Position numbers and translations under genes: made by a program
The notes under the pieces: generated by a model
Seen by the model: the letters and a program-made list of their open reading frames with translations, nothing else
Told to the model about the DNA's origin: nothing
Databases searched by the model: none
Source: an uncultured Planctomycetia bacterium
GTDB taxonomy: Bacteria; Omnitrophota; Gorgyraeia; VGKH01; JBHPFN01
Reading direction: 5' to 3'
Assembly: GCA_964406665.1 (NCBI GenBank)
Contig: CAYOSQ010000007.1
Coordinates: forward strand, 11,364-75,363
DNA length: 64,000 nt
In this document: positions 54,415-63,690 of the stretch, one piece after another
Layout of the letters: each line of letters opens with the position of its first letter
Numbering within the stretch: the stretch's first letter is position 1

Positions 54415-56883
54415 ATGTCTTGTTTTAAAAAATTGAACAATAAATTCCTGACTTATCTGCTGATTTCAATAACTGTAATCACCATTGGGCTACATTTTAG
54501 ACTTTATCCTATCACCATCAATTTAAACAGACAAAATCTTTCTGCTTCGAGGATTGCTCTCTTCATAAATATAAAGAAAACTCTAGCCAGAAAAATTAAT
54601 GCTGCTTTCCCAAACCTTCCACAAGAAAACAAAAATGTTTTGATAAATAAAGGATTTGAAAGTTTTACAAAAAAGGATCCTGAAAAATTAAAAGCCTTGA
54701 TAGATGAATTCAAATCAAAAAATGAGAATTCATTATATAGATACTTTCTTCTTGGCTCTGATTCCTATTATTTCTATTATCTAACAAAAGAGATAGTTTC
54801 CCACGGAGCCATATCCAAACAAATAAAAAACGGAAGTTACTTTGATGTTCTTATGAGTGCACCTGGCGGCCATTGGAGGAAAATTGAAGCTCACCCCTAT
54901 TTCGGTTTTTCCATCTACAAACTATTCACTGTTTTTTCTAAAGATTTTTCTCTTCTCTGGGCTTTATCTATTGTTCCTTTAATACTTTTTACTGTCTCGG
55001 CCTTAATTTTTATTTTAATTTGTTTAAATCTAAAGATTGATAAAATTAACATTCTTTTCAGCTCTTTATTCTTTTGTCTTTCTCCAATCTTCATTCAACG
55101 CAGTTCTTTTGGTTGGTACGATAGTGACCCATACAATATTCTATTCTTGTGCCTTGCGCTTTTTATAATTCTTAAGTTAGTAAAAAATGAAACTCATATC
55201 TTCTGGTCCCTTTCCTTGGGTTTTGTTACAGGACTATATTCATTATTTTGGCAGGGCTGGGTTTTGCTACCTGCTCTGTCTTTTTCATCTATGTTTTTTG
55301 TTTTAATCATAAAGGTTATCGAAAAACAAAAATTTACAATATTATTAAAAAAAATCGGGCTATTTTCTGCAAGTTTTCTTATTTTTGCAATAATTATACT
55401 TTCTCCTAAAGGCTTCGCAAATTCTGCTTCCGATATTTCAAGCATCATCTTTGGTTTTTTTCAGCTAAATTCAAATTTATGGCCTGATATCTTCTTAACC
55501 GTCGGAGAACTAAAGTCGCCCAATGCTTTAAAGATTATTCACACATTAGGTGGCTATGTGTTTATCGGAGTTGCTGTTTTGGGTTTTATCTTATTATGCT
55601 TTGGAAGAATCAAAAATTCAGATAAAGGACAGAGTATTGTAATAGTAGTTTCGACAATTTTATGTTTATTATTAACCAGAAACGCTGAACGCTTTGTCCT
55701 CTTTTTATTAGTTCCTATTTCAATTTGTTTTGCGCTAGGAATTAATGAGATCTGGAGGGCTGTAAATACGCAGTACTCAAAAATATCCAAGTTGAGAAAA
55801 AATCATTGTAACTGTGCAGCGACTTTTACATTATCCCTACTTTTGATTTCTCCCTTTATTTACGGCCATGCAACATCTCTTTCTCAAGTCCCTCTTTTTA
55901 ACATCGTATGGAAAGATTCACTTGAAAAAATAAAGAACAAGACTGATAAATCAGCAGTAGTCAATTCCTGGTGGCCTCCTGGACACTTCATTAAAGCTAT
56001 TGCTGAAAGAAGAGTAACTTTTGACGGTGCAACAATCAACACTCCTCAGGCATACTGGATGGCTAATTTCTTTTTATCAAATAGTGAAGAAGAAGCTTTA
56101 GGCATACTAAGAATGTTAAATACCAGCAGCAATGAAGCAACTGAATTTATGATTGATAAAAGAATTCCTCTTCAGAAAGCAATACCTTTATTAAAAGAAA
56201 TAATTGTAAAAAGTAAGCAATCTGCCAAGGATACCCTGAAAAACTATTTAGATGATAAAGATATAGAGCGTATTTTAATATTAACTCATTCAAGCCCCCC
56301 TCCTTCCTATTGCCTTATTTATAATGAAATGGTGGAGAACGCTCTTGGTCTTCGGTTCGTCAAAAATTGGAATTTCAATAAAGCATTTAATATTAAGAAG
56401 GAGCGGTATGCCGCTTTAAAAAAGGGAAAGTTCTTCTGGAGGGGAACCAAAGACTATATAGGAGAGGCTTGGTCTGTTTCTGGTGGTCCAACATACATCG
56501 GAGAAGAATCTTACGAAATCTCCACTAATAATAATTCAATTCGATTTGCTAACGGAGTAATCCTAGATAAAGAATTAATGATTGCTAAAATCGATAGGCT
56601 TGAAGACAAAATATCCGGGGTTCCCCATTCCTTGCTTTATGTAAAAAATAATAAACTAATAGAGAAAAAACTTGAAAATCCGACTATTAAGCTTTCTGTC
56701 TTAATTATTCCTCATTCTAATAACAGTCAAAGTTCAATTGTTGCTCCCGCTGAAGTTCTAAAATCTATTCTTTTTAGGCTTTATTATCTTGATGGGCTGG
56801 GATTAAAAAGGTTTGAAAAGGTTATTCAAGAAGAAAACCCTTTGCTTAAAACAAGGATTTTTGTCTTTAAAATTATCTGGTAA
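54415..56883 (+). CDS. STT3/PglB/AglB-family oligosaccharyltransferase homologue with WWPPG in place of WWDYG
   Basis: EL1 GSDSYYFYYLTKEIVSHGAISKQIKNGSYFDVLMSAPGG resembles STT3 fDPYFNYRtTRFlaeeGfykfhNWFDDrAWYPlG. RSSFGWYDSDPYNILF resembles RSvAGsYDNEgIAIF. The C-terminal soluble domain NKTDKSAVVNSWWPPGHFIKAIAERRVTFDGATIN...NFFLSNSEEEALGILRML resembles NTpEdAkVmSWWDYGYQI..mANRTtLVDNNTWNN...SSnEeaAYkIMR.L. About 13 TM helices. Confidence 0.6.
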   Translation: MSCFKKLNNKFLTYLLISITVITIGLHFRLYPITINLNRQNLSASRIALFINIKKTLARKINAAFPNLPQENKNVLINKGFESFTKKDPEKLKALIDEFKSKNENSLYRYFLLGSDSYYFYYLTKEIVSHGAISKQIKNGSYFDVLMSAPGGHWRKIEAHPYFGFSIYKLFTVFSKDFSLLWALSIVPLILFTVSALIFILICLNLKIDKINILFSSLFFCLSPIFIQRSSFGWYDSDPYNILFLCLALFIILKLVKNETHIFWSLSLGFVTGLYSLFWQGWVLLPALSFSSMFFVLIIKVIEKQKFTILLKKIGLFSASFLIFAIIILSPKGFANSASDISSIIFGFFQLNSNLWPDIFLTVGELKSPNALKIIHTLGGYVFIGVAVLGFILLCFGRIKNSDKGQSIVIVVSTILCLLLTRNAERFVLFLLVPISICFALGINEIWRAVNTQYSKISKLRKNHCNCAATFTLSLLLISPFIYGHATSLSQVPLFNIVWKDSLEKIKNKTDKSAVVNSWWPPGHFIKAIAERRVTFDGATINTPQAYWMANFFLSNSEEEALGILRMLNTSSNEATEFMIDKRIPLQKAIPLLKEIIVKSKQSAKDTLKNYLDDKDIERILILTHSSPPPSYCLIYNEMVENALGLRFVKNWNFNKAFNIKKERYAALKKGKFFWRGTKDYIGEAWSVSGGPTYIGEESYEISTNNNSIRFANGVILDKELMIAKIDRLEDKISGVPHSLLYVKNNKLIEKKLENPTIKLSVLIIPHSNNSQSSIVAPAEVLKSILFRLYYLDGLGLKRFEKVIQEENPLLKTRIFVFKIIW

Positions 56884-56887
56884 GAAA

Positions 56888-57820
56888 CTATTCAAAAACT
56901 GGTCTCACTTGCCCTTGAATCTGCACCTTTCCAGTACCCCCAACTTTAACCCTAGTGGTAACAGTACCTGTACCTGACTGTCTAACTGTGTTATCATCGG
57001 GAGTTTCAACTCCATCGTCTACCATTTGGGTCTTTATCGTAAGCTTACCTTTTCCTGAAACCTGAGATGTAGGCTGACCCGTAGATAAATCAACAGTTTG
57101 TGGATCACCATTCGCAGGTTGAGCCTTAGGTCTATTATCATATTCTTTGATTGCATTTGTTACATTCAAACCACCACCACTACTATGCTTTCTCATAATC
57201 TTTTCTAACTGAGTGGCTAAAAATTCCTCTCTTATCTCTCTTAGTCTTGTCACAGAATCTAAAGCTGCATAATTATCACCCATTAATAAGTAGGTCAAAC
57301 CATTAAGGTAAAGCAGCTTTTCAAATTTGGGTCTTTGCTTCTCGGCTTTTAAAAAATACTCATTAGCTTTATAAGCATCTTTTTTATCAATAAGATAAAG
57401 CAATCCTAAATTAAAGTTTAAATAAAAATAATTAGTGTCAAATTTCAAACCTTTTTTGAAAATTTCAATTGCAGCATCTTTATCATTAAGTTTATTTAGA
57501 GTTGAACCAATATAGTTATAAACTTCCACTTGTGCTGGATTAATAGAAATTGATTTATTAAAATTTTCTAACGCTTTTTCCTCAAAGCCTTTCTTCTGAG
57601 AATAAATACTCCCCAGCAGATTATAAGCATAAAAAAAACTAGGGGCAATTTTTATAACATCATGACAAATTAATTCTACTTGCTCATACTCTCCTGCTTC
57701 AAATAATTCCTGTGCTTGTTTCATCAACGTGTAAACCGAATCATTCTGGGCAAATACAATCCCATCTTTAAAAAAAGTGAACATAAAAATAAGAATAATT
57801 ACGATCAGAGACTTCTTCAT
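56888..57820 (-). CDS. Secreted TPR-repeat protein with a Gly/Thr/Val-rich C-terminal tail; last gene of the T2SS-like operon
   Basis: Signal peptide MKKSLIVIILIFMFTFFKDGIVFAQ, several TPR-like units, and a ~90-aa low-complexity C-terminus. Confidence 0.55.
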   Translation of the reverse strand: MKKSLIVIILIFMFTFFKDGIVFAQNDSVYTLMKQAQELFEAGEYEQVELICHDVIKIAPSFFYAYNLLGSIYSQKKGFEEKALENFNKSISINPAQVEVYNYIGSTLNKLNDKDAAIEIFKKGLKFDTNYFYLNFNLGLLYLIDKKDAYKANEYFLKAEKQRPKFEKLLYLNGLTYLLMGDNYAALDSVTRLREIREEFLATQLEKIMRKHSSGGGLNVTNAIKEYDNRPKAQPANGDPQTVDLSTGQPTSQVSGKGKLTIKTQMVDDGVETPDDNTVRQSGTGTVTTRVKVGGTGKVQIQGQVRPVFE

Positions 57821-57829
57821 CTTTAAACC

Positions 57830-58444
57830 TTATTCCATTTCTTCTTCTGATATCTCTTCTTCTACGGCAATTTCAGGAACAGATCCATCAGGCATAATAA
57901 TTATCTTCTCAACTGTCAAAGCACATTTTGCTTCATAATCATCTCGGTTTTTAGGAGAGATTTCAAAAGAGGCTACTCGCATTGGCTTTTGAGAATCTTC
58001 GATTGAATAAATAAAATCTGTAAGTGCCTCCATTTTGCCGGAGCATTCAATTGATAAGGTACTACGAATAAAACCCTTTTTTAATTCAGAATAAACAGGA
58101 TTAATATTAGTAAGTGCCACATTGGAGGATTTTGCCAGCTTTTCCACCTCGCTTAAAAAAAATGCTGTTCTTTGATCTTGAGTAGAGTCTAAATTAGCAT
58201 AAAAATCTCCGTGTAATTCATCTTCACCAATAATTTTATCTTTATATTGTAGAATCATCAGATTCTTTTCAATTAGTTTCGTCTGAGAATCAATTCTTTC
58301 CTCAAGCAAATTTGATTCTCGTGAAATAGGACCAACAACTAATCTGTCAAACAAAGCCAAACACACAAGGCCTCCCGCAATATACAGAATCTTTTTTTCT
58401 TTTGGTGAAAGTCCAGAAATGAATGCTTTTAGCATATTAGCCAT
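57830..58444 (-). CDS. GspM/PilO-like bitopic inner-membrane protein
   Basis: Short cytoplasmic N-terminus, single TM (ILYIAGGLVCLALF), a coiled segment, then a ~120-aa periplasmic domain. The position after the gspL-like gene is typical. Confidence 0.45.
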   Translation of the reverse strand: MANMLKAFISGLSPKEKKILYIAGGLVCLALFDRLVVGPISRESNLLEERIDSQTKLIEKNLMILQYKDKIIGEDELHGDFYANLDSTQDQRTAFFLSEVEKLAKSSNVALTNINPVYSELKKGFIRSTLSIECSGKMEALTDFIYSIEDSQKPMRVASFEISPKNRDDYEAKCALTVEKIIIMPDGSVPEIAVEEEISEEEME

Positions 58445-58445
58445 A

Positions 58446-59909
58446 TTAAGACCTCTGTTCTATAAGCAACGATAAACCAAAATCAGCAAGCTCTTTTCCC
58501 TGCAACATTCTACTTTTAGTAAAATCTACTTTTACATTTTTAAACGACTTGTTGTTTTCTAAATCTGTTACTAAAGAAAAAACCATCGACATTGAATCGG
58601 CGGTTCCTGTAAGCATAACAGAACCATCTTCTCGCAATCCTATGCTGCTTAGATATACCTCATCAGGCATTGCACTGTAAAGTTCAGTCAACACATAAAG
58701 AGACACACCTTTTTTATCTAAAAATCTTTTTATGGTACCTGTCCTTTTTCTAATTTCCTTAAGATCTTGAACTTCCTCATTTTTTTCTGAATATCTAGAA
58801 AGTAAATTCTTTAAATATATTTTCTTAAAAATCATACCTGTCAATAGAAGAGCGCAAAGAATTACAAGTACAGCCATGGCCGACATACCCATGATCGTCA
58901 CTTCTTTTGCCTTAGCTTTCAAAGCTTGATTAATCTTAACATCTTCAGGAATAAGATTAAGTTTACTTTGCTGAAACGCAAATGAAGCAGCAATAATATC
59001 TAAAAAAGAACTATCTTTATTTCCGGAAAGCGCTTCAGAAATGTCCTTATTCGTAGCAAAAATCTTTGAATATGGGATTACGTCCACTCCGGTACCAGCT
59101 ACCCCTTTTACTTCTTCTGTAAAGCTAGATACACAATCAGTCGCACCAACTACAAAAAAGTGAGCTGGCAAAGAATCCATGTTTTCCGATTGGTAAGATT
59201 CTACAGACTTTTTTATCTCATCAAGGATTTTTTGCTTGTTTGTTTGAAGATCAGCAGTAATTTCTGCTGCTCCTATAGGAATTGATCTTGTGTAAACAAC
59301 AACACCTTTATTGCTAATTATAAAATCAATATTATATTTATCTACATGAATTAAACCTAAGGTTTTATCTCTCAACTCCTTTGGCTGTATGCTGCAACAC
59401 AATTGGGAAATTGGCTCTGAAGTTAAAAAAGCAGTATTAGCCTTAAATCCTGCTTTTTTTATAGTTTCGTACCGGCCTGAGACTACGTCTCTTTTAACTA
59501 AAACTAGCAATATCTTTGTATATCTTTCGTGGAATACACCAATATTCATGTAATCCATTACGATTTCATCACGAGAATATGGCGTATGCCTACCAGCTTG
59601 CAAATCAATAATTTCTTTTATTTCCTTCTTATCGATTGAAGGGATTTCTATATTTTTAGTTATTGCAAAGTGTGACGGTATAACATTAACTGTTTCGCAT
59701 TTTTTGATATGATGCTTAGCCGCAAACTCCTTTATTTTCTCAGGAATCTTTTCATCAGCATCACTGGAAATTTCTGAAGCAAAAACCCCTACTATCTCTT
59801 GCTTTTCTTTACTAATCTTAACAAAGGCCAGCTTAAGACATTTCTCAGCAATTTCTATTACAAAAAAATCTTTATAGGCAGTAGCAATATTTTTTTCCGC
59901 TGGAACCAT
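58446..59909 (-). CDS. GspL-like protein: PilM-like actin-fold cytoplasmic domain, one TM, and a PilN-like periplasmic domain
   Basis: 487 aa. The N-terminal ~330 aa has a PilM-like two-subdomain pattern. TM helix MGMSAMAVLVILCALLLTGMIF, then a ~120-aa C-terminal domain. Same architecture as T2SS GspL. Confidence 0.6.
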   Translation of the reverse strand: MVPAEKNIATAYKDFFVIEIAEKCLKLAFVKISKEKQEIVGVFASEISSDADEKIPEKIKEFAAKHHIKKCETVNVIPSHFAITKNIEIPSIDKKEIKEIIDLQAGRHTPYSRDEIVMDYMNIGVFHERYTKILLVLVKRDVVSGRYETIKKAGFKANTAFLTSEPISQLCCSIQPKELRDKTLGLIHVDKYNIDFIISNKGVVVYTRSIPIGAAEITADLQTNKQKILDEIKKSVESYQSENMDSLPAHFFVVGATDCVSSFTEEVKGVAGTGVDVIPYSKIFATNKDISEALSGNKDSSFLDIIAASFAFQQSKLNLIPEDVKINQALKAKAKEVTIMGMSAMAVLVILCALLLTGMIFKKIYLKNLLSRYSEKNEEVQDLKEIRKRTGTIKRFLDKKGVSLYVLTELYSAMPDEVYLSSIGLREDGSVMLTGTADSMSMVFSLVTDLENNKSFKNVKVDFTKSRMLQGKELADFGLSLLIEQRS

Positions 59910-59913
59910 TTTA

Positions 59914-60981
59914 TTAAAATTCCTCCGAATTTACGTATTGATATCCCCAGTATTTTATCTTTCCACCTCTGTCAAAAACACAAATAATCCTTGCCTGCAA
60001 ATCATCATCATCCAATGAACCTCTACAATGTGCAGTAAAGGTACTTGAGCTTATATCTAAGTTTCCTTCTTCTATTACCTTATCTAAATCTTCCTTCTCC
60101 TTATCAGATAAATCGTAATAGCTGGATAGCTCACTTTCAATATCAACAAGGGAGCTAAAAATGTTATCGTCAAAAGTCCCCTCAGTCATATCTGGACCAG
60201 AACGGAAATTTGCAATTTTATACACCAAAGTATCCGATAAACCTAGAGAAAATAATGTTGTTTTTGAAGCAGTGTTGATATTAACCTTTCCGTTACTAAA
60301 AACAGTTATATGGTCTCTAATCTTTAAAAAAACGTCCTTGCTTAAGCCCTTGATAAGAAGCAATTCCTCCAAATTCTTTAATTCAACATTACTCGGATGA
60401 TATTCGTATCCGGAATTAGAATAATCTACGCGTTCACTCAGATTTCTTTCATCATTATTCAGAATATCATCACCATCGCGCCAATCAATAAGCGAACTAA
60501 CTACCTGGGAAACTATAACAGGATCAAAAATACCCAAAGACGAAAATAGCCTTTCAATCATTTCTTTTGATGCGAAATTAATGTTAATTTTCCTTTCTTC
60601 ATCTACAACACCATATTTTCTTTCCTTTCGCCCAGTAACGTTATTAAAATATGTATAAGAAACAGAAAACCTACCATTGGAAAGCTTGACATTTCTAAAT
60701 GCACCCAAATTATGCGCCCAAAAATCATTTAATGAATCACTATCAAAGGTTAAGTCTCTTTTTTTCTCTGCTCTAACCATATTGATGCTTTTTAACATAC
60801 CAGAGTAAACTATGCTGTACAATTTATCTCTAGCTTCAATCTTTTTTCTTACAAGGATTTCCTGTCTAACCATAGAACCTGAATAAATTGCAATTATGCT
60901 AAGAAATAATAGTGTCCATAAAGCCAAAATCAAAGCACTACCATTATCAGCTAAGGTTAATTTAGTTTTAGAATTAAACAT
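59914..60981 (-). CDS. GspK-like minor pseudopilin
   Basis: N-terminal hydrophobic segment GSALILALWTLLFLSIIAIY without Glu5. Two helix-hairpin-helix-like INxNTAS motifs (ININFASKEM, VNINTASKTTLFSLGLS) characteristic of GspK. Confidence 0.6.
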   Translation of the reverse strand: MFNSKTKLTLADNGSALILALWTLLFLSIIAIYSGSMVRQEILVRKKIEARDKLYSIVYSGMLKSINMVRAEKKRDLTFDSDSLNDFWAHNLGAFRNVKLSNGRFSVSYTYFNNVTGRKERKYGVVDEERKININFASKEMIERLFSSLGIFDPVIVSQVVSSLIDWRDGDDILNNDERNLSERVDYSNSGYEYHPSNVELKNLEELLLIKGLSKDVFLKIRDHITVFSNGKVNINTASKTTLFSLGLSDTLVYKIANFRSGPDMTEGTFDDNIFSSLVDIESELSSYYDLSDKEKEDLDKVIEEGNLDISSSTFTAHCRGSLDDDDLQARIICVFDRGGKIKYWGYQYVNSEEF

Positions 60982-60993
60982 GTTTTATGCTCA

Positions 60994-61605
60994 TTAAACG
61001 CTAATTGGAATTTCTATAACTTTAGTAAAACTTTCCGTTGAATCACTGTTATTTCTTATTTTTATATTAATCTCAACAGCTATAGGTAATTGATCGCTTA
61101 AAGTATATTTTTTTTCAAAACCACCACCTACACCCCCTGACACAAAAAAAGCAAACGTAGCTTCCTCTACGTTAGCTAAACTAGAAAGATCGACTTCAGG
61201 ACTAGTAAATCCATATTTATACATTTTTCTTCTTATCTCTTTTCTCTCAGGAATATAAACATACTCTATCCGACTAATTGCATCATCCTGAAATAATAAA
61301 GCTGATTGGGCATTTTCGGAAACAACTAAATATTCAGGATTATGAACCAGAAAAGAAACAGAAAAAGAGCTTCCGTTAAAATCTGAAGAAGCAATATCGC
61401 AATAATTCCTTAAATCAGAAGATACCTTATCAAAAAAAATCAACACTTCTCCATCTGGACGATTAGCTTCTATCCATTTCCAAACTGTTATACCGCTAGT
61501 AAAAGTTTTATATATTCCTAAACCCACAAAAGTCATTATGGATGCAACTAATAAAATCTCTACTAAGGTTATCCCTTTTTTTCTTAAAACTTTCTTTCGC
61601 ATCAT
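60994..61605 (-). CDS. GspJ-like minor pseudopilin
   Basis: Class III signal KKG|ITLVEILLVASIMTFVGLGIY. 203 aa. Confidence 0.55.
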   Translation of the reverse strand: MMRKKVLRKKGITLVEILLVASIMTFVGLGIYKTFTSGITVWKWIEANRPDGEVLIFFDKVSSDLRNYCDIASSDFNGSSFSVSFLVHNPEYLVVSENAQSALLFQDDAISRIEYVYIPERKEIRRKMYKYGFTSPEVDLSSLANVEEATFAFFVSGGVGGGFEKKYTLSDQLPIAVEINIKIRNNSDSTESFTKVIEIPISV

Positions 61606-61608
61606 AGC

Positions 61609-62001
61609 CTATAAACGTTTTATGTATAATTGCTTACTGATAGATACCTCTTTTCTCTCCTCATTCCAAGAGGCGGTTATATCTAAGCTATACAAATCCG
61701 GGAAATCTCTGATCTTTTTTACTCTTAGCTTAAAATCAATCTCAGGATTATGCCCTTCGACAACGTTAGACAAAAACTCATTAGAAATATCTTTGGTTTT
61801 AAGAGTCCTTTTTATATCCCATATTTTTTCTTCTATCTTTAATTGCGCTTGAAATCTGTTTTCTAAATGCTTCAAAGCAGCCATAGAGCCAAAAAGAATC
61901 CTAAAAATACTAGTAATGCCAAATGCCAAAACAGCCATGGCAACTAAGATTTCAAGAAGCATAAATGCTCTTTTTCTTTTAAAAAAATATTTTCTTAGCA
62001 A
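61609..62001 (-). CDS. GspI-like minor pseudopilin
   Basis: Prepilin-like N-terminus KRKRAFMLLEILVAMAVLAFGI (Ala at the -1 position). 130 aa. Confidence 0.5.
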   Translation of the reverse strand: MLRKYFFKRKRAFMLLEILVAMAVLAFGITSIFRILFGSMAALKHLENRFQAQLKIEEKIWDIKRTLKTKDISNEFLSNVVEGHNPEIDFKLRVKKIRDFPDLYSLDITASWNEERKEVSISKQLYIKRL

Positions 62002-62005
62002 ATAA

Positions 62006-62455
62006 TTACTCCCAATTTACTATGTTACTGTCATCATCAGATCCGGTACGCCCCAAAGAATAAAGATCATAATCATTTCCGTGAGCTCCAGGATATTTAT
62101 AAATATACTCATTGCCCCAGGGATCTCTTACGATCCCACCCTCAATGTATGGACCATTCCAATTCTTAGGCCTAGGCTCTGTGGATGGCCTTGAAAACAA
62201 AGACTTTAACCCTTGGCTTGTTGTCGGATATCTTCCATTATCTAATTCATAAAGCCTTAAAGCAGTTGGTATGTTTACCTTAATATCAGCTAGAGCAATA
62301 GACTCTTTAGCTTGCTCAGACCTACCCGTAAGCCGAGGCACCACCATTGCTGCTAAAGCACTGATAATAACTACAACGAGTAATATTTCAATAATTGTAA
62401 AACCTAAGCTTTCCCTAAATGATCTTGGTCTAAAAGAAAAATTATTAAGAAACAC
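62006..62455 (-). CDS. gspG: Type II secretion major pseudopilin GspG
   Basis: Leader ...RESLG|FTIIEILLVVVIISALAAMVVP (G-1, F+1, E+5). C-terminal NWNGPYIEGG...DPWGNEYIY...YDLYSLGRTGSDDD calcium-site region, typical of GspG. Confidence 0.85.
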   Translation of the reverse strand: MFLNNFSFRPRSFRESLGFTIIEILLVVVIISALAAMVVPRLTGRSEQAKESIALADIKVNIPTALRLYELDNGRYPTTSQGLKSLFSRPSTEPRPKNWNGPYIEGGIVRDPWGNEYIYKYPGAHGNDYDLYSLGRTGSDDDSNIVNWE

Positions 62456-62469
62456 TAGCTTCCTCCTTA

Positions 62470-63684
62470 TTAAAGACGCATAAAGTTTAACTGGAAAATC
62501 GGCAAAAGCACAGCACTTACTATAAAACCAACAACCAAACCAATAATTAATACCATGGCTGGCTCTAAAAGCGTTGTTAAAGTTTTCACAGCATCTTCAC
62601 AATCAGTTTTAAAAGACTCTGCGATATTCGATAAAGCTTCGTAAAGCTTTCCGGATTCTTCGCCTACGCTTATTATGTTATATATAAACGGCGGAAATAA
62701 TTTAGATTTTTTGAGAGCACTACTTAATGTCCCGCCCCCCTCTAACTCTTGGAGACTTTTTGTTAAATTATCCTTTATCACAAATTCGTTGACTATCGGC
62801 AAAGATATGTCTATAGCCTTAATAATCGGTATGCCACTATGTAGTGACATTTCTAAAGCTCTAGCAAAACGGGCGAATTCAGATTTAAAAATCAATTGAC
62901 CAAAAATTGGAATTTTTAACTTTAGATTAGAAATATATGATTTAAAAACATCGTTACTCATTGCCCGTTTAAAAATCAATAAAAATAGCAGCATAAACAG
63001 AGCGATCCAAGGAAGGTTGCTTCTTAAAAAATCACTTATCATTATCAAAATTCTCGTCGGCAAAGGTAGCTCAACGTTTAAATTTGTAAACAAAGGAATA
63101 ATCTTTGGCATAACATTTGTAAAAATAAATATAATTGAGCCAATGCCTACAAGCAAAATAAGAATAGGGTATGCTAACGCGGACTTAATTTTTGATTGAA
63201 GCTCAAGTTGTTTATAGTAATAATCAGAAATTCGAAGAAGTGCTTGATCAACACCTCCACTATCTTCTCCAGCTTTTATCATCGCGATAAAAAAAGATGA
63301 GAAGACCTTTGGATAACTCTTAAGGCTCACAGAGAAAGGATGGCCTTTTTTTACTTTTTCTCCAATGTCTAATAAAATCGTAGAAAAATATTTGTCATTT
63401 GTTTGTTCAGCAAGAATGCGTAAGGCTTTCAATATGGGAATGCCTGACTTCAAAAGATTTGAAAGTTGCCGAGAAAAAATTACAAGATTTTTCAAATTAA
63501 CACCCAATAACTTCTTCCAGCTCTTTCTAACTACAGCATCCTTCTCCTGCTCTTCTTCAATGCTGATAGCCACATAACCTTTCTTTGCCAAAAGATCAAC
63601 TATCTCTTGAGAACTATTAGCGCTAATAGACCCCTCAATGATTTGATCCGGACCGCTTTTAGCTTTATAAATATAATTTTTCAT
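62470..63684 (-). CDS. gspF: GspF/PilC-family inner-membrane platform protein
   Basis: 404 aa with two repeated T2SF domains, each ending in a TM pair. ...SGIPILKALRILAEQ... and ...SGIPIIKAIDISLPIV... are the paired conserved motifs. Confidence 0.85.
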   Translation of the reverse strand: MKNYIYKAKSGPDQIIEGSISANSSQEIVDLLAKKGYVAISIEEEQEKDAVVRKSWKKLLGVNLKNLVIFSRQLSNLLKSGIPILKALRILAEQTNDKYFSTILLDIGEKVKKGHPFSVSLKSYPKVFSSFFIAMIKAGEDSGGVDQALLRISDYYYKQLELQSKIKSALAYPILILLVGIGSIIFIFTNVMPKIIPLFTNLNVELPLPTRILIMISDFLRSNLPWIALFMLLFLLIFKRAMSNDVFKSYISNLKLKIPIFGQLIFKSEFARFARALEMSLHSGIPIIKAIDISLPIVNEFVIKDNLTKSLQELEGGGTLSSALKKSKLFPPFIYNIISVGEESGKLYEALSNIAESFKTDCEDAVKTLTTLLEPAMVLIIGLVVGFIVSAVLLPIFQLNFMRL

Positions 63685-63690
63685 AATCTT

